Origin: an uncultured Gemmatimonadales bacterium
GTDB lineage: Bacteria; Gemmatimonadota; Gemmatimonadetes; Gemmatimonadales; GWC2-71-9
Direction: 5' to 3'
DNA length: 64,000 bases
Assembly: GCA_963821525.1 (NCBI GenBank)
Contig: CAWGED010000005.1
Coordinates: 32,001-96,000, forward strand
Under the pieces are notes generated by a model. It searched no databases. It was not told the DNA's origin and saw nothing but the letters and a program-made list of their open reading frames with translations. A program made the translations under genes and the position numbers. Shown here one piece after another: positions 63,938 to 64,000 of this stretch (position 1 is its first letter; each line of letters opens with the position of its first letter).

Positions 63938-64000
63938 CAGGAGGGATACGATTGACGTCGCGCGTGAGCTACTGGGAGCGCGGCTGGTCTCGAGCCGTCG

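Noticed and set aside
1..64000. CRISPR arrays, tRNA/rRNA genes, transposases or integrases
   Set aside because: None recognised by eye; the repetitiveness at 9-24 kb is protein-level paralogy, not DNA repeats

Overview
GC-rich bacterial window, almost entirely one large cell-surface glycan / exopolysaccharide region. The gene set (exosortase + EpsI, Wza/Wzc, sigma54 activator + kinase, wecB) resembles Gemmatimonadota, but that taxonomy is only an impression. Many genes are split by single-base indels, densest in 1-25 kb, probably uncorrected long-read errors; gene limits were rebuilt across frames and are approximate. Layout: (1) 1-8.6 kb, + strand: hypothetical, asnB-type amidotransferase, GT-C, DegT aminotransferase, polysaccharide deacetylase, GT2. 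(2) 8.7-23.8 kb: a consensus sigma54 promoter, a ~52-aa membrane mini-protein missing from the ORF track, then EIGHT tandem membrane-anchored sulfatase-like paralogs that all carry T-L-P-S-H instead of the sulfatase C/S-x-P-x-R motif. (3) 24-28.1 kb: PAPS synthesis genes in the order cysN (with degenerate kinase domain), cysQ-cysC fusion, cysD, with no sulfate-reduction gene and no recognisable classical sulfotransferase. (4) a secreted amidohydrolase. (5) 30-51 kb: GT2/GT4/GT-C/flippase/oxidoreductase operons, including a CofD/YvcK-GT2 fusion with a nucleotidyltransferase and HAD phosphatases. (6) 51-62 kb: epsI, exosortase, priming sugar transferase, wza, REC-degenerate GGDEF protein, wzc, NtrC-type activator, histidine kinase, wecB. 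(7) an NYN-LOTUS protein with terminator. Eight sigma54 -24/-12 candidates lie in front of the operons. Best candidate for an undescribed system: a sigma54-controlled surface-glycan decoration (possibly sulfation) machinery in which Thr-nucleophile, LtaS/EptA-like 'sulfatases' act as transferases.
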